Assembly: GCA_040954595.2 (NCBI GenBank)
Contig: CM082587.2
Location: 8,623,403-8,687,402 of the forward strand
Length of the DNA: 64,000 bases
Reading direction: 5' to 3'
Source: Balanoglossus misakiensis
Taxonomy: Eukaryota; Animalia; Hemichordata
A program made the position numbers and the translations under genes. The notes beneath the pieces were generated by a model that worked only from the letters and a program-made list of their open reading frames with translations, was not told where the DNA came from and ran no database searches. The stretch's first letter is position 1, and every line of letters begins with the position of its first letter. Shown piece by piece: positions 28,201 to 46,107 of the stretch.

Positions 28201-30867
28201 ACCATGCTGCCACAGAGAAGTAATAGACTCCAGGTCTACAGCCTACCGGTAATTGCACAGTAGACCTGCAGTCTGTACCAGTTCCTATCTGTGTGCACAC
28301 AACTTTTTTGGTTGAAGCAGCCCTGTGATTGTTACAAGAGCATATACTTCTCCATCTCAGATTCTAAATTTAAGTTTAATATCAAACTTACCAAAGTGGC
28401 AATAAGAAGATCTCTGTCAACATCTGTTGTTGAAGGATCACCATGGAAACCATCCAGTACAAATCCTGAAACTGGTCGTTTAGCAGTCTCTCTGGCAGAT
28501 CTCAATCTTTCGGCATAAATGTCCCCACCCTCTATCACACCAAATATTTCCGTCTCTTTCAACTCCTGAAATGTAACATTTATTGTCATTTTTAAAAGGG
28601 AGGATTCACCACATCCGTAATTGTACTGAAATAATGCATCGTTGGGTTACATAGTTGTACAACATTAAGGGTTAAAATTATTGTCCTGAATGAATTGTAG
28701 AGTTGAAATAATCATTAAAACATGAACATGATGATTAAGGATAAAATACTATAAAATGCTTTTGACAGAAAACATATTTTGTTCAGTATAAATAGGCTAA
28801 TCAACTTTTTGATAAAAGTATTAATATTTCTAAAGTTGGTATGAAAGCAAGTCAGACGTCAGAGCCCCACCCTATCTCTCTTTTGTACTTTTCCTTTTCC
28901 TTAGTCATTACACTTTTCCAATATGCTTCCAACTCATATCAATAAAAAAATGTTGTGTGTTTCTGATTTCCAGTTTTTAAGGACAATGTGGAATAGGTAT
29001 TGCTATATATTCATACTGACACCAAAAGTTGTAATCAACAAGGAAAGTTTACCTGTTTACTTTGTTGCACACAGAGTACAGCATCTAATAACCTGAGAGT
29101 TCTATCAACAGATTTGACAGTTCTCTTCCGGGATGACCTTATAGCAAGTTGATCGCCGTCATACAATGATTCAAACCAATCCGGCTGAATACTTTGCACC
29201 ATGCTAATCAGATTATCAGAAGACAACTGCAAGAGAAAGAAAAACAAAACAATACAACAACTGTACCTTAACTACGGTGATTTTTTTCCTAAACATTTCT
29301 TTAAAGGGACAAAGTCTTTCTCTCACTGCCCTTTTCCATTAATTATGTTTGATACCAGACACTGTTAATGTTATTCTACATGTTGATATATAGTGAATCA
29401 ACGCTCGACCACACACAACTTCCATCCAACTTGTTGACACGAGAGTAAAAAAACTTGCCAAAATTAATAGTCGGACTGTACCGTTTATTCATTTTGGCGA
29501 GATTTTTACTCTCATATCCAACAAACGGGAATGAAGTCGTGTGTGGGCGAACATTGATTCACTATATTGTAACCTTTTCACCACCATGATTAAGTCTAAA
29601 ACCATTGCTTTCATGGTAAAGTTGGACCTCAGTCTATTGAGGGAACTGGGGGTGAAAGGGTTAAACAAACATTCCTGACATTTTCCAAAATATATTGGGA
29701 GCTTGTACTCAGCATTATAATGTAGCATATTCTGTAAAAAATTTGATATATAAAATTCTCCAACTCACTTTCATTCTGCCCCCTGGACACCAGATTGAAA
29801 CAGACTGTTTATCATTGTATCCTGATGGAGTAGAAGTACCTGGATCTTGCACGGATAGAAACAATAGTGATTCCGGTAGACTGGAAAATTTACTGATACC
29901 ATCTTTGAAATCTTCAAATAATTCATGATTTTCTGCTCTGGAAGTTAAGGAACATATACTCCGTTTGTCAAAATAATAATTCAATGTAAAATTATGCTCC
30001 AGATTTACAAAGTCCGGGAAAATCTATTGTTTTTACTGAATATGTACATTTGTACATCTCTTTGTTTGTACATGTATCATAATAGATTCATGCATTCACA
30101 TTCTGCAAACATGTGTTGTTGGTTTTTTTTTTTGTGTGTGTGTGTGTGTGTGTTGTTGTTGTTTTTTTTTTTGTTTTTTTTTTGTTTTTGTTTTTTTTTT
30201 GGGGGGGGGGAGCGGTACAGGTAAAGTTTACTAGGATACCCCTGCTGTTACATTTGACATTGGTGTATCAATCAAGGCAGTCAAATTACAGTAATGGATA
30301 GTACTGGGGTAACCGTCACAAGATCCCCTTGTAAACAAACAACCCTCGTGCGACTGTGGGGGTAACACACCAAACATGCAACTGCAGGTGTGAGTCGGCT
30401 GACTGACTCAGTATAGACACAGAGTCTGGACACACTTGTCTCTACGTAGCTGCAATCATTGCAGCTAATCTCTACGCAGAATCAGTGCCGGGGTTGTGTG
30501 TTGTTGGTGGTCGAGCCTCCGTCCGATACCAGCTGGTAACAACACACAGCTGTAAATCACTACCATCAGTAATAACACCGTTGTTCTAACTACGGCTGAG
30601 TTCGGGCATGTACGATGAGGTGCCTTTTTGCGAAGCATCGCAATGAGAAAAACGAAATACTCACAACGTTGGGAGAGTGAGTTGCATTCCGAAGGGAATC
30701 CCCGGAATAGTTTCCATCACGTCTTTTGTAAGATGAGGCAAGGCCGCTCCTCTAGTGTACACCAGACAGCACGGGAAGGGAAGAGTTCTGTTTTTATGTC
30801 TACCTAGTTGAACCACTTCACCCAATCGACAGCCACCGTTCACCGCTTTTCGCAAAACCAGCTTCAT
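25239..30867 (-). CDS. QTRT2: Queuine tRNA-ribosyltransferase accessory subunit 2 (QTRTD1), about 421 aa, 8 coding exons
   Basis: [16 protein letters not shown]...[45 protein letters not shown], and Zn motif [17 protein letters not shown]...HN. Exons 30867-30665, 29937-29769, 29226-29053, 28565-28392, 27915-27815, 26958-26743, 26144-26019, 25341-25239 are all in phase. AATAAA on the minus strand at 25176-25171. Confidence 0.95.
25425..25659. mobile_element. TTAA-flanked MITE in the last QTRT2 intron
   Basis: Imperfect terminal inverted repeats AGTGAAGGGGTGGTCGCGCCGC / GCGGCGCGACGACTACTTCCCT, with TTAA on both sides. Confidence 0.7.
29301..29565 (+). repeat. Dispersed repeat family (TTAA-AGGGACAAAGTCT end), with copies at about 4650-4784, 14335-14586, 26232-26452, 35945-36065 and 58570-58684
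   Basis: Recurrent GGGACAAAGTCTCTCTCTCGCTGCCCTTTTTCCATTAATTATGTTTGATACAAGACAC in both orientations. Confidence 0.85.
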
Positions 30868-30929
30868 TTTGAATGGATACCAGCAATTGCTCCAAGACTG
30901 CACTCGGCAGATCAGACCAGCTGGGTGTA

Positions 30930-31345
30930 CCTGAAAATGAAAACGAGGCGGGAAAGCCTCTGTTCTCCGTCACGTGTTTTCTTTACTCCACTGTCCACAA
31001 CATCTTTTTTAACCGAAAGTAAACTTTAAAGGTAAAAAAAAAATAACGAAACTCATTGGTAATTTAGTGTTCATGAACAATACGTATGTTATATCTAATT
31101 GTTTTAATTAACAACCAATACGGTCTGTACTGCAACTGTCAATGTGTTACTTTTAATTACGCGTACGCCCTCATCGACCATATCAAATGAATGAGGGGCG
31201 GGGCGATGTTGCAAATGTGGAAGGGAGCAATTCTAATCAAAGTGTTGTGTATTTTCCCAGTCGCGTTTCACTCCCTTGTAGACACGGAGACAGACAGAGA
31301 AAACTCAGTCGTCATCGGTACTGGATATTGTAACAAGGGGTAAGT
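30930..31345. promoter_or_regulatory. Bidirectional promoter region between QTRT2 and CRYZ
   Basis: Head-to-head genes; CCAAT at about 31116, GC box GGGGCGGGGC at about 31195, plus-strand donor GTAAGT at 31340 (CRYZ non-coding exon 1), and a minus-strand acceptor at about 30931 in the QTRT2 5' UTR. Confidence 0.6.
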
Positions 31346-32227
31346 TACCAGTGTCTTCTTGTCGATGATGGGTTTGACTTTGAGCATGGAGCCTTGGAGG
31401 TACTAAGTACCTCCATGGTTTGAGCTCCAATATATGAGTTGGAGAACCTTTTTATCTCATGACAATTAAATTGTTATACCGACCGCGTGGTTATACTCAT
31501 GACACCACAATGAGTGTGTGTGTGTGGGGGGGGGGGGGGGTATGGTGGCGCTCTTTTTTTCGTGTGTGCCACCCACTGAACATCTGTATGTGATTGGTTG
31601 GATGATGATCACAATGTAACTGCAGCTAAATTTGCATATAGGTCACCTATGCAAATTTAGCTACAGTTTAACAGTCTCTTGGCTGACACATTTTCACTGC
31701 TAGTATTGTACAGCAGATTTACCTGAAGGTCTGCTGATTGGGCTTTTTCAATACAGTAAAACTCCAATTATCCGAACTCCAATTATCCGAATCGTTTGGT
31801 TATCCGAACTGCTGTCATGTCCCCCAAACAGTTCTATTGTATACAATCGTTATCCGAATAGCCGAACTGTCTGCATATCCGAACAAAATCAATGTCCCCC
31901 TGTATTTATATTCTGTATATCTATCATGATAGACCCTAGAGGGTTTATGATCAACCAAAGTTTCTTGTTTGGCTCCCAGTCCCCTGAGACAATATTAAAT
32001 GCATAACAATTAACATTGTTATTGTTTTAAAAGCCCATCTAGAGTTTAATGTGTTTTTCAGCATTAACAATAACTTACTGGTACATGTAACTTGTTGACC
32101 AGTATAGCACAGCAGAAAACTCATGGGCATGTTAGTTACAGAGAGTTTATACAGATAGTGGCCATTTCTTACTTTCCAATTTATATTTTTCAGTTCAATT
32201 TTGTGTTCAGAAGATACAGTTACACAA

Positions 32228-36265
<4,038 letters not shown>

Positions 36266-37518
36266 GTTCATTTGTTATTTGATAAATTCAAAAAGAGAAG
36301 GCCATCAGAGTACTGACATCACAGGCTACAGTGACTTTGATATGTAATGTACTGGCCCCATTGCACACATGACATGCTTCATAATATTCCATTTGTTTGT
36401 ATGGAGTACTTCTATCAGTCATCACAACCGCCTGAGTGTGTGTCGTGTGACCTGGGTATATTTGGGCATCTCTCTCCACTACTTGTGCTGTCTTCTGTAA
36501 AGGGTTTGATCATTTTGTATGGAGTACTGTCATGTTTTTGGTTCCATGCTTTTAAGTCTTTCATAATATGATCTTTACGAGTCTTTAAAAACCATGTATA
36601 TAGACACTTAACTGTAACTTTTATGGGGGTTTTTAAAGTGGATTTTGTCTACAATGGGTAATTGCAACCAAACTATGGTCTGGAAACAGAGTGGTTTTGT
36701 ATTGTTTCAATCAGCATGCATTACAGGTAAACATGTCAATTACTGGTAAACCAAATCTGATTGGAGCAACTGGGCAAGATATGAATATTCATTAGAGATT
36801 AGTGTGAATTTTAACTTTTTCTGCTTTATATCTCAAGCATAGTATTAAACTTGAATAAAATCTGAACTAAAGTTACGTAACGTAGTATTAATCTTTTAAA
36901 ACATTTCTCGCAGCCAAGGATGGATGTATGTCTGTATGCACGTATGTCCGACTGTGTCCGAGTTGAACAGTGTTCCTTTCTGTTGCATTCCTATCCTAGC
37001 TACATCATTGTGTACAATACGATCATCATTACATGTGCAATATGTCAATGATGAATTTTGTCTTGACTTGAAGCCGGTCAAAATACTGTAATCTATGATC
37101 TTTCAATCTGAATATGTAATAAAATATGCATACCAGCACTTGTCAAGAGGTTGCAAATAGTCAAACAACTATTTGATGTCACGTCCATGTTTGCTTGTAA
37201 TTGTTGACAATCAACTGGACCTTATCTTAATTCTGGTCTGTGCAATGGTCCTGGACAGCTACTGTATATTGGCCAGTGAGCAGCATGGGACCAAAATTTG
37301 TTCTACTATAATGGGACTAAAAAATTTGTGACAAATTCTCAACACCACTGATCTATGATGACCTCATTAAATATTTGCATACCTAATTCTAGGCTAACCA
37401 ATAGGACCAGGAGTCTGGTCTTTCTTGAACATGGACCAGTTTGGGATAAAAAAATTCTTACAAAATTTTCGGTCACCTCACAGTGAATTTTTCCACATTT
37501 TGGTATCCACAGCACTTA

Positions 37519-38285
37519 GGGACCGTTCAGTTTTTACGACCGGAGGCGGCAAAATCCATGGTGGGGGGGGGGGGGGGGGGGTCGCTTAAATTTTGAAATC
37601 CAAAAGGTGGGTCATCCTTTTTTGAAACGTTAAAGGAGGGGGGTCATATACTTTTGCCCCCCAACTTTTGCTTTTGAGTCCACAAAATGCAGTTTATTTT
37701 GCCCTTTATTTTACAAAATTTTCTAATGTTGGAGGGGGACACCCTCCAACACCCACCCCTTTATTCTTTGCCACATTTCATTTATTGGCTGGTTTGTCTA
37801 GTGTACCAGGGCAGAATACTTGCTACCCCACCCCTACCGATGCTTACTTTAAGTGGCAAAAGTAAAATTTGTCCTCCCCAACATTGAGTTAATTTGCTTT
37901 TGGGTTCATTAAAATACAACTTTGAGCTCCGTATTTTACAAAATTTTCTTATGTGTGAGGGGAACACCCCCTTCCACACCTACCCCCTTCACTTCTCTTG
38001 TTTTACCAATTCTACCAACTATTCTATTGACTTGTCATTTTAATTTATTTATAGATTTCTTTTTTGAGGTTTGGGGAGCCTCTTTCCCTTAATTGCATAC
38101 AGTGTACATAAGATCAGGACGGCGAATGTTTTGGGGTTGGGGGGGGGGGTCATATTTTTTGCCAGTCAAAAGGGGGGGGGGGTCATAATTTTTTGGTCCT
38201 GGGTGAAAGGGGATTTGCCTGATTTTGAAAACCGATGACACAAACTTGCCGACCCCCCCCCCAGCCGTAAAAACTGAACGGTCCC
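37519..38285. mobile_element. PIF/Harbinger-type MITE; partial related copy at about 39690-40048
   Basis: TTA|GGGACCGTTCAGTTTTTACG ... CGTAAAAACTGAACGGTCCC|TTA: perfect 20-bp terminal inverted repeats and a 3-bp TTA duplication. Confidence 0.88.
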
Positions 38286-38435
38286 TTACAGCCTTGGCAT
38301 TTGGCAAAGCTTGCTCTAGCTGAGCATCCTACAAAATGACATACTGGCCCTGACCTCCTCATGGGGTGACACCCCTATCTTGATATATGATGTATAACGC
38401 ATTAAATAAGACTTTAAATAGCTCTACTGTCAGCA

Positions 38436-38622
38436 AACTGTAATGAAATGTGAATATCATAAATCGAATATATTCAGGTATTTTTGTTCAGAAGCTGTAA
38501 TGAAATGTGAATAACATAAATCGAATATATTCAGGTATTTTTGTTCAGAAACTGTAATGAAATGTGAATATCATAAATCGAATATATTCAGGTATTTTTG
38601 TTCAGAAACTGTATGAAATGTG
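38436..38622. repeat. Minisatellite, 57-bp unit, about 3.3 copies
   Basis: Repeated CTGTAATGAAATGTGAATATCATAAATCGAATATATTCAGGTATTTTTGTTCAGAA. Confidence 0.92.
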
Positions 38623-40545
38623 CGGTTAACAAGATTTGTCGATAATACGCTAAGCCTTTTAACATGTTCAGCCCCTTGTTCAATGTGAATTACAGTGTGC
38701 CTACCGTAAACATATGTAATATACTTTTAAGTTGATGCACGAGGAGACAATGCACCACTTCGCCACAAATCCAAGCTAGCAACGTAAGTATTAACAACTA
38801 CGAACGAATTACGACCCTTTTTCATGAGGTCAAGAATGTTAACCATGTTCGCGTGTAGTGGCATTTTATAAACGGACACCCTTCTTTAACCAATCAGAGA
38901 GCAGTTTCACATACCCATGATGATGTCGCATTTTTTGAAATGCAAAAGTCATCCACGGAATACTCGGAGGCTGAAAGTTTAATCTTTACTTTCACGGGAA
39001 CTTTCCAGGAATACTTTATACCTACAAGATATGTATGTCACTCAAGAAGGGGACCACATTATACGCAACTGCCTTGGTAAGTTCAGAAGTTCCATTTAGT
39101 GTTCCATTACATTATGTCCGATCAAACAAGTTTCTTGGCCGTGTTCGTTCTTGTGACGTTTATGAGGGCCAGTCAAGAATTACCCCCCCCCCCCCCGTCC
39201 GAAATTGATATTCAACGAGAACTATATTTGGTTCCATTAATGTTTGATGGTGCCCTGCTTTCTTATAAACAGTCAAACGTCTTAATATTTTTCTGTTAAG
39301 TTAACGCGTGATAGTTTTACCTTATTTCTCAATCATCAGTTAACATAAATTATACATTTACGTGATTTTGATAGCCGCTTGTTAAGCAGCTTTGATATGT
39401 ACACCTGGCCCCCGGATCAACCGTTATCAGGAGTCCTTTTACAATCACAGTAGCTTCTTGTGCATATAGGCTACACGGTAGGCACTGTGGAGGAAGAGAT
39501 TTGCAAACCTTTGTTATTTGATATCGTTGTCATTTCGTCTACAATTTTAAATTGTTGATCGGACATCTATAATTTGTGAATATTTTTAAGCACAGTTTCG
39601 AATTAAAAACAAATTAGATTTTCATCTGTGCAAAAATCACCATTAATCCTCCACCAACCGATGGTAACTTTGAGGGGCAAATGTAAAATGTGTCATTGTT
39701 GAGTTGATTTGCTTTTGAGTTTATTAAAATGCAGCTTTGAGCTCTGCATTTTATGAAATTTTCTAATGGGACACCCCCTCCCTCACCCACCCCCTTAACT
39801 TCTCTTGATTTACTATGTCTTCAAAACTATCGTAATGACTTGTATTTTTTTAAATTTATTCATGTCTTATTTTACTTATTTAAATTTATGTATACATGCA
39901 AATTGTCACTGTAATTCATTAACTAAGTTTTTGAAAGTGGGGGTGGGTGTCACGTGCTTTTTAATTTTCAATGAGGGGCTGGTCATTCACTTTTTGATAT
40001 CCACAAAATAGAATCCACCCCCTGGCTGAAGAAACTGACCAGTCCCTAATGTATCTACTAACCCATTTAACACTTAACCCAATATGTAAAAAAACTTAAC
40101 CCAGTAAATATTACAGATTTCCAGTAAACAACTTGGTTGGTATTTGTTTCATTATCCTAACGAAATTTGTACATGGATGTGTTATGGCCTAAACGTGATG
40201 ACAACAATAAACATTCGAGCAGTTCTAAATACTATGTAAATACGCATTTTTCCGACTCGGAGAATATGACATCTTACTCATGGAGTCAAGCTAGGGAGAT
40301 ATACTTGTTTGCTACGTTTCCGCCACGACGTTTATTGCATTTTTTATGATAAAACAAACTGACTCCTAGGCAACCCAAACAAAGGCAGGTATGCCAAGAT
40401 ATCCCGCTAATAGATTAACGAGTGAGGTTATCGGTCCGATGCAGACGACTGAAGGGGACATTTGACTAAAAAGGGCATACTTTGGTGCAGGTCACATAAC
40501 TGGAATTGTATTGGGGGATTCTGCCATTTTTAGCGAAAAACTCTA

Positions 40546-40580
<35 letters not shown>

Positions 40581-41301
40581 AGTATAGGAGTCCATCTTCA
40601 ACTGTCATATATAGCATGTATCATTTATGATCAAATGGGACACAGTTTTATTGAAACGATTTTTACACAGCTCAGACGATAACCTTTCTAAGGGTATAAC
40701 GTTTATTTTCTAAATAAAAGTATGTAAAACACAAAGTTTAAGCACATTATTTTTAAAACCTATTAAGTGATATACACAAAACTACATCGTTGGAAAACCA
40801 CACAACAAAAGGAATGAAATAGTACAAACTTTATTACATTGACTAATGCTATGCTGTTAAATGATACGCTATGATGTAAATTGTAATTGTTAAACGAAAA
40901 CCAATTTCTGTTCAGTACAGAAAACTCCACCAGGAGTTGCATATGTATCTATCAGCGATAACTTTTCCTAAATCAAATATAATTTCCCCTTACTGTTGAG
41001 AAAGGTCGAGGTTAGCAAACTCTGGGAATTAAGACACACATATTTCGAGTATAAATTACTTTACCAGCTTTATGTGTATTGTCAAAGTACAAAGAAATGA
41101 CACAAAACCAATAAATTAAATGTTGGGCAAAAGCACTCAGTGATTCATTCAAATTTCCTAAATGTTATACAACGTACCTTAGCTCCACTGTTCACCCTCC
41201 TTGCAATTATTGTATTTCGATAACGATACACCAGTGTATAAACTGTAGATTTTTTTCTTTCAACTCTAATGTGTATTCTTTGCGCACATATGACATGCTG
41301 A

Positions 41302-42636
41302 TTATTTTTCACCAGTAGACAAGTACACTTGTTTCGTAAAACTGCTTTCAAACGAAACAACCTGACAATATGGTAACCCACTGTTGTCAAAACCTGTCGA
41401 CGTCACTGTCTGGTTAACTGCCTTGTTAACTCTTGTGAGTATGGACAGCAAATCATCTCTGTTTGCATACTCTTCAAGCATCTCCACCAATGTCTTAATG
41501 TACCACGACCCATTGGAAGTATTCCGGAATGATGCATAACCTTGTACCGTAGCATGGCTGATCAGGAAGTCAACATCGGGTATGCGTCTTGAATCATGAA
41601 CTGAATCGGCTTGGTCAAATGGGTGTGACTGTTCAGGAGTTGGGTGGGTACCGGAGGCCATGTGGACACCGCGCATTAATTCGTTGCCTCTACATGCCTG
41701 TATGAAGAAAATCTTCGGTTTGCCAACAAGGGAAGGACACCTGTCTGATGCAAAATAACATCTAAGATGTTCAATTCCCACGCTGTTTCCGTCCACACCA
41801 ATGACTTCACCTTGTTCACCGTGTGAAAGAATGCAAACGACGAGACAGTTGTACCTGCTGTGGTCACTGTGACTTGTATCTAGCATAACAGTTTCCATAT
41901 CCCTCGCAGTCAAGTCATTATGAATGCAAACTTCAAGATGTAACTTCTGAAAGAGCTTTTCAAGGTTACCTGTCGTTCAGAAAGAAAACCAAGCCATTAA
42001 TTTAACATATTGCAATTTTGATATAATTGCAAGCGTGAAAATTAAGATTAATAATAATATGTCATACAAGTTGTTCCGTGTAATATAAACGATCAATCTC
42101 TGCAGGACAGGTATTACAGTGATTCGTGATAACGGTGTAGGAAACATTGTTTTTAATTTTCATTTGAAAATGGACAGGGTCATTACCCAAGTTGTTAAAT
42201 GATCAAACATTATGTTAATTATATAAGATAACATGCATTCAAACGCAGTTTCTTCGTACTGACTAAAGAAACTTCAAAGATGGCACTAGCTGGCCCGCAG
42301 CATAGAGTGGCACCAGATAATGATTGCAGAACTATGATTATACGTACGTGAATCAACCTCTGTACCATTCCTAGTGCTGTATCCTTTGCAGAAGTTTTTA
42401 TTGTTTATGATTATAGCCATTCCTCTTGGTCTGCCATCCATCTGGTACCTGTCATCACTTCCCTTATCTGTCTCAGTAGCTCGATTTTCAGCACACACCA
42501 CTGAGCATTTGCCCCGCGTGTCCTGATTATCATTTCCGAACTGCGCGCCATTTGTACTGAGAGATTGTCCTTGACTGACACTTGCGAGGTGATCTGAGTC
42601 AGTAGTTTTTCTCACTGCCTGGCTTTCGTGCTCCAT
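41302..42636 (-). CDS. Caspase A (peptidase C14A), short prodomain, about 318 aa, 2 exons
   Basis: Exons 42636-42348 and 41969-41302. Motifs YQMDGRPRGMAIIINN, RNGT, ILSHG, CPSLVGKPKIFFIQACRG, YASFRN..NGSWYI; linker DQAD-S. Confidence 0.93.
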
Positions 42637-44715
42637 TTTTATAGGCAGACAAGTTAGGAAAAACGGATAATGTTACACTTACTGAACTTCACAAATGTTT
42701 GACGAATATTCACCGAATGCGACCTGAAGACAGTTTCCCAGGAACTCAAGCTAACCACACAGATACGTAAATACAGAGTGGGCGGGACCTGTCATAAAAT
42801 AAACAGAGAGGATTGGTTTGACCGAAGCCCTGCGGCCACTCTCTGGACCACCAACTTGTTCACGTGTTACCAGACTGCATCCGATGGGCGTTTGTCTTCA
42901 GTTCACTTCGTTGACTGCCTACAGTTTCCGTATTCGTGAAACCAGATTTTGTGGAAATTAAACAACCAAATACTCAGAGGACATATTTCTGTTATTCTAA
43001 AATAATGTCAGGTTTCGTGTTCGAGGACACTTAAATTTTCAAAAGTGCGTATCGTATAGTTTTTTATATTCGGTATACACATGATACAGGCCTCTAGTAT
43101 TGAAGCAATTCAGATGGGCAGCTTAATTAGTATTTTCGAGCATTTCTTCGTTAAATAATCTTCTTTTTTCAAAACCATGAGAATCTGTGGCACATTTCTT
43201 CCAGCCCAAAAGTAAATAAGCCATTTTCAAGTTCATATGGTTTCGCTATTGGGGTGGCATTTAGCAGCCATACCAACACATCTTCGTGGCACTTCACTAC
43301 ACTTGTACTTCCGTTTTTTCTCAATTTTCAATTCAACAAAATTCAGGTGATCTATTGGCTACCATGCAGGAGTTATAATATTACAGCGTCTATTTGTGTC
43401 AACCCTCACTGCCACCGCCCTGTTATTCTTGCCAATGCCATATTTTATTGTAAATTTATTGAGCTCTAAAGTTTTATGGTCGACAGGCAGATCCAACCGG
43501 GGAAGGCGCTGTTTCAAAACCACACACTTTTGGAATTGTTCGACTATTAGGTTGCATGACTGGTTTGGGACAACAAATTTTCAATCGCAAATTTCCCGGC
43601 CATACCGTTTCAAAGACCTAATTTCAAGACCTATATTTGCTCTTTCACCACATTTTCATGACTGGATTTTTTGTTTTGTTTTTGGATCCGAAAAGAACAT
43701 ATTAGGTAAATACAAAATATTTGGTTTTTGGTTTGAAGACTGAAAAGTGCAGTGTTCATTGATCAAAACTGATGTGCACACGTTATCTGAATAGTACACG
43801 TAATGAAACAGAATCATTCAGTTTATATGAACTATTTTGTCCACCAATATACAACATGCTATGCCAGTGGGTTTTACGTTCGATCGGGCGTTCGTTAACA
43901 TGTACATTGTCACGGGCAGAGAAATAAGAACAGTAAAGACGCAGAGGATTTGGGGTAAAATAATATTTTTTTTATTGATAATTAAACAATAACTGATAAA
44001 GTCTTAAACAACACTGCTATCTGATTCCTGTGGTACCTTACAAATACGAGAGGCGTCAATGTCTACTTTTAATATGATGTGATGTCATCATGACAGCAAA
44101 TGTCAATATTGGGCGTGGTATCTGCACCTGGTTGCTTAATACGCAACTGTGACATAATGGCAAAGATTGAAGTCAAATCGAAGTATTTCTAGATAACTGA
44201 TTTGTATTTTTGTCAAATGGTAAATTCTGTCTCCATTTTCAAAACACAGGTAAAACAAGCTTTCATAAAGTGGCAACCACACATACATGCCGAACGCTAT
44301 AAAACAAGAGCAATCCGCATCACTGAACGTCTATTGCACGCAAGAAACGTGTCTTATGCTAGACTAAAAACAAATGACATGTATGTTAGTCCTAAAAGCA
44401 TTCGGATACAATGAACATGTGCACGTTCCGAATGATGTGTAGATTATAACACATTCAAGTGTATACCAACAATATTGTAGTTATTACCTATCGACACACG
44501 TGTGATACAACAGGGAAATTCCCGATCGTATACAACTGAACGTTATTTATGTAGTCTTCATTGCTGTGAAATGTTTCAAAATACAACGGACAGTCGTTAT
44601 TATCGACGATCATGTCTGTCTTCATGCAAAATAAAGAATGGAATTTATCCATTCACAGAATAATAGTGATCTGACAAATCCACATTCCAAAACATACAAA
44701 TTAAAGTGTACAAAT

Positions 44716-46107
44716 TTACATGTACACTTTCTTGCTGAGTCGGCTATCATATACAGATAATTTATATTTCTTCCAGTCAAAGTCCGAATCATCGTTGTCG
44801 TCAATATACTCTGTGATCATTTTTTGAACTTCGGAATTTACTTTGGTTAGTATGTACATTATGTCCTTGTGTTCGGGTACATATCTTGACAGCATCTTTA
44901 CGAGTGCCTGGATATACCAGGACCCCTCGTGGCCGTTACTGTATGCGTACTTTATTGGAACGCTTGAGTAACCGAAGAGGAAATCAGTTTCACACGGGAT
45001 ATTATGCGGGTCTTTTTGTGCATCTGCCTCTTTAAATCGCAAACCAGGGTGAGGATCCTTACCACTCTTCTCGTGTGTGCTCCCTCCGCATGCTTGAATG
45101 AAGAATATCTTTGGCTTCCCAAGCAGGGACATGCATCTATCCGGCTTTAAGTGGTCTTTTAGCGTTTTAATCTTAACACCTTGTCCATCCTTACCGATGA
45201 TTTCATCCTGGCGACCATGCGAAAGTATGCACATGACGAGACAGCTGTGCTCACCATGGTTAGCATATTTTATGTCTACCATCAACATATCAATCTCTTT
45301 GGCTGTCAAGTTGTCTCGCCTGTGAACTTCGAAACCCAACTTCTTAAATGTGTCTTCGAGTTGATCTGTCAGAAAAAGAAGAAGTATGTATACAGTTTGT
45401 AAAAAGGGTATTTTAAGTCGCCATTTATTTACGCTTGGAAAGTATAAAAAAGTGGTCATGACGTTGTCGTGACTTTAATGTTATCGGGTCGGGATGCATC
45501 ACTAATACGCAACCCGCCTTCATAGGATTCTCTGAAGTACACGTATTCTTTACGTGATCTGGCCATGTGACCCGCGGCGTTGTCATTTTCAGATGACGGG
45601 CAAGCAATATTTCGGCATCCAGAAAAAGATTTTCCGAGTATGTTTTTACTTTAGAACCGCCAAACACATAACATGTATCAGGTATGGTGCCTCATCAGCC
45701 TCGTTGCATTTCGTCTGCACAGTCTTTGTCTGCACCACGTAAGTCCACGTTGCTGAAGTTGCCCGTCATCTGGAAATGTGAATGCGAACGTAACTGCCGC
45801 ATGAGCGCGTCTGACGTCATTTGATAGCGAAGAATTGGTCGATTTGCTTACCTGCGTCATTATCTGTCCCGTCTCGCATTAGCCATGGACCATCGAATTC
45901 CTTATTATTGATGATCACAAGTTTTCCTTTGCATCTGTAATCCATGCTGTACATGTCACAGCCAACCGAAAGCTGCGAACGCATTGCCTTACAAGAAGAA
46001 TCATTGGCGTTTTCACCAGAATCATTTTGGTCGTCGTTGTCAACCTGTTCACTTCGGGGAGAGTTGTCGCCCAAGTTCAGACGCTCGAGGTCTTTGCTGA
46101 TTTCCAT
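44716..46107 (-). CDS. Caspase B (peptidase C14A), QACGG variant, about 301 aa, 2 exons
   Basis: Exons 46107-45852 and 45365-44716. Motifs YSMDYRCKGKLVIINN, RDGT, ILSHG, LLGKPKIFFIQACGG, EGSWYIQAL; linker KEAD-A. The first ATG is at 46107; the ORF track start at 46155 is TTG. Confidence 0.9.

Noticed and set aside
38436-38622. 57-bp direct repeats as a CRISPR or regulatory array
   Set aside because: It is a contiguous minisatellite without spacers.
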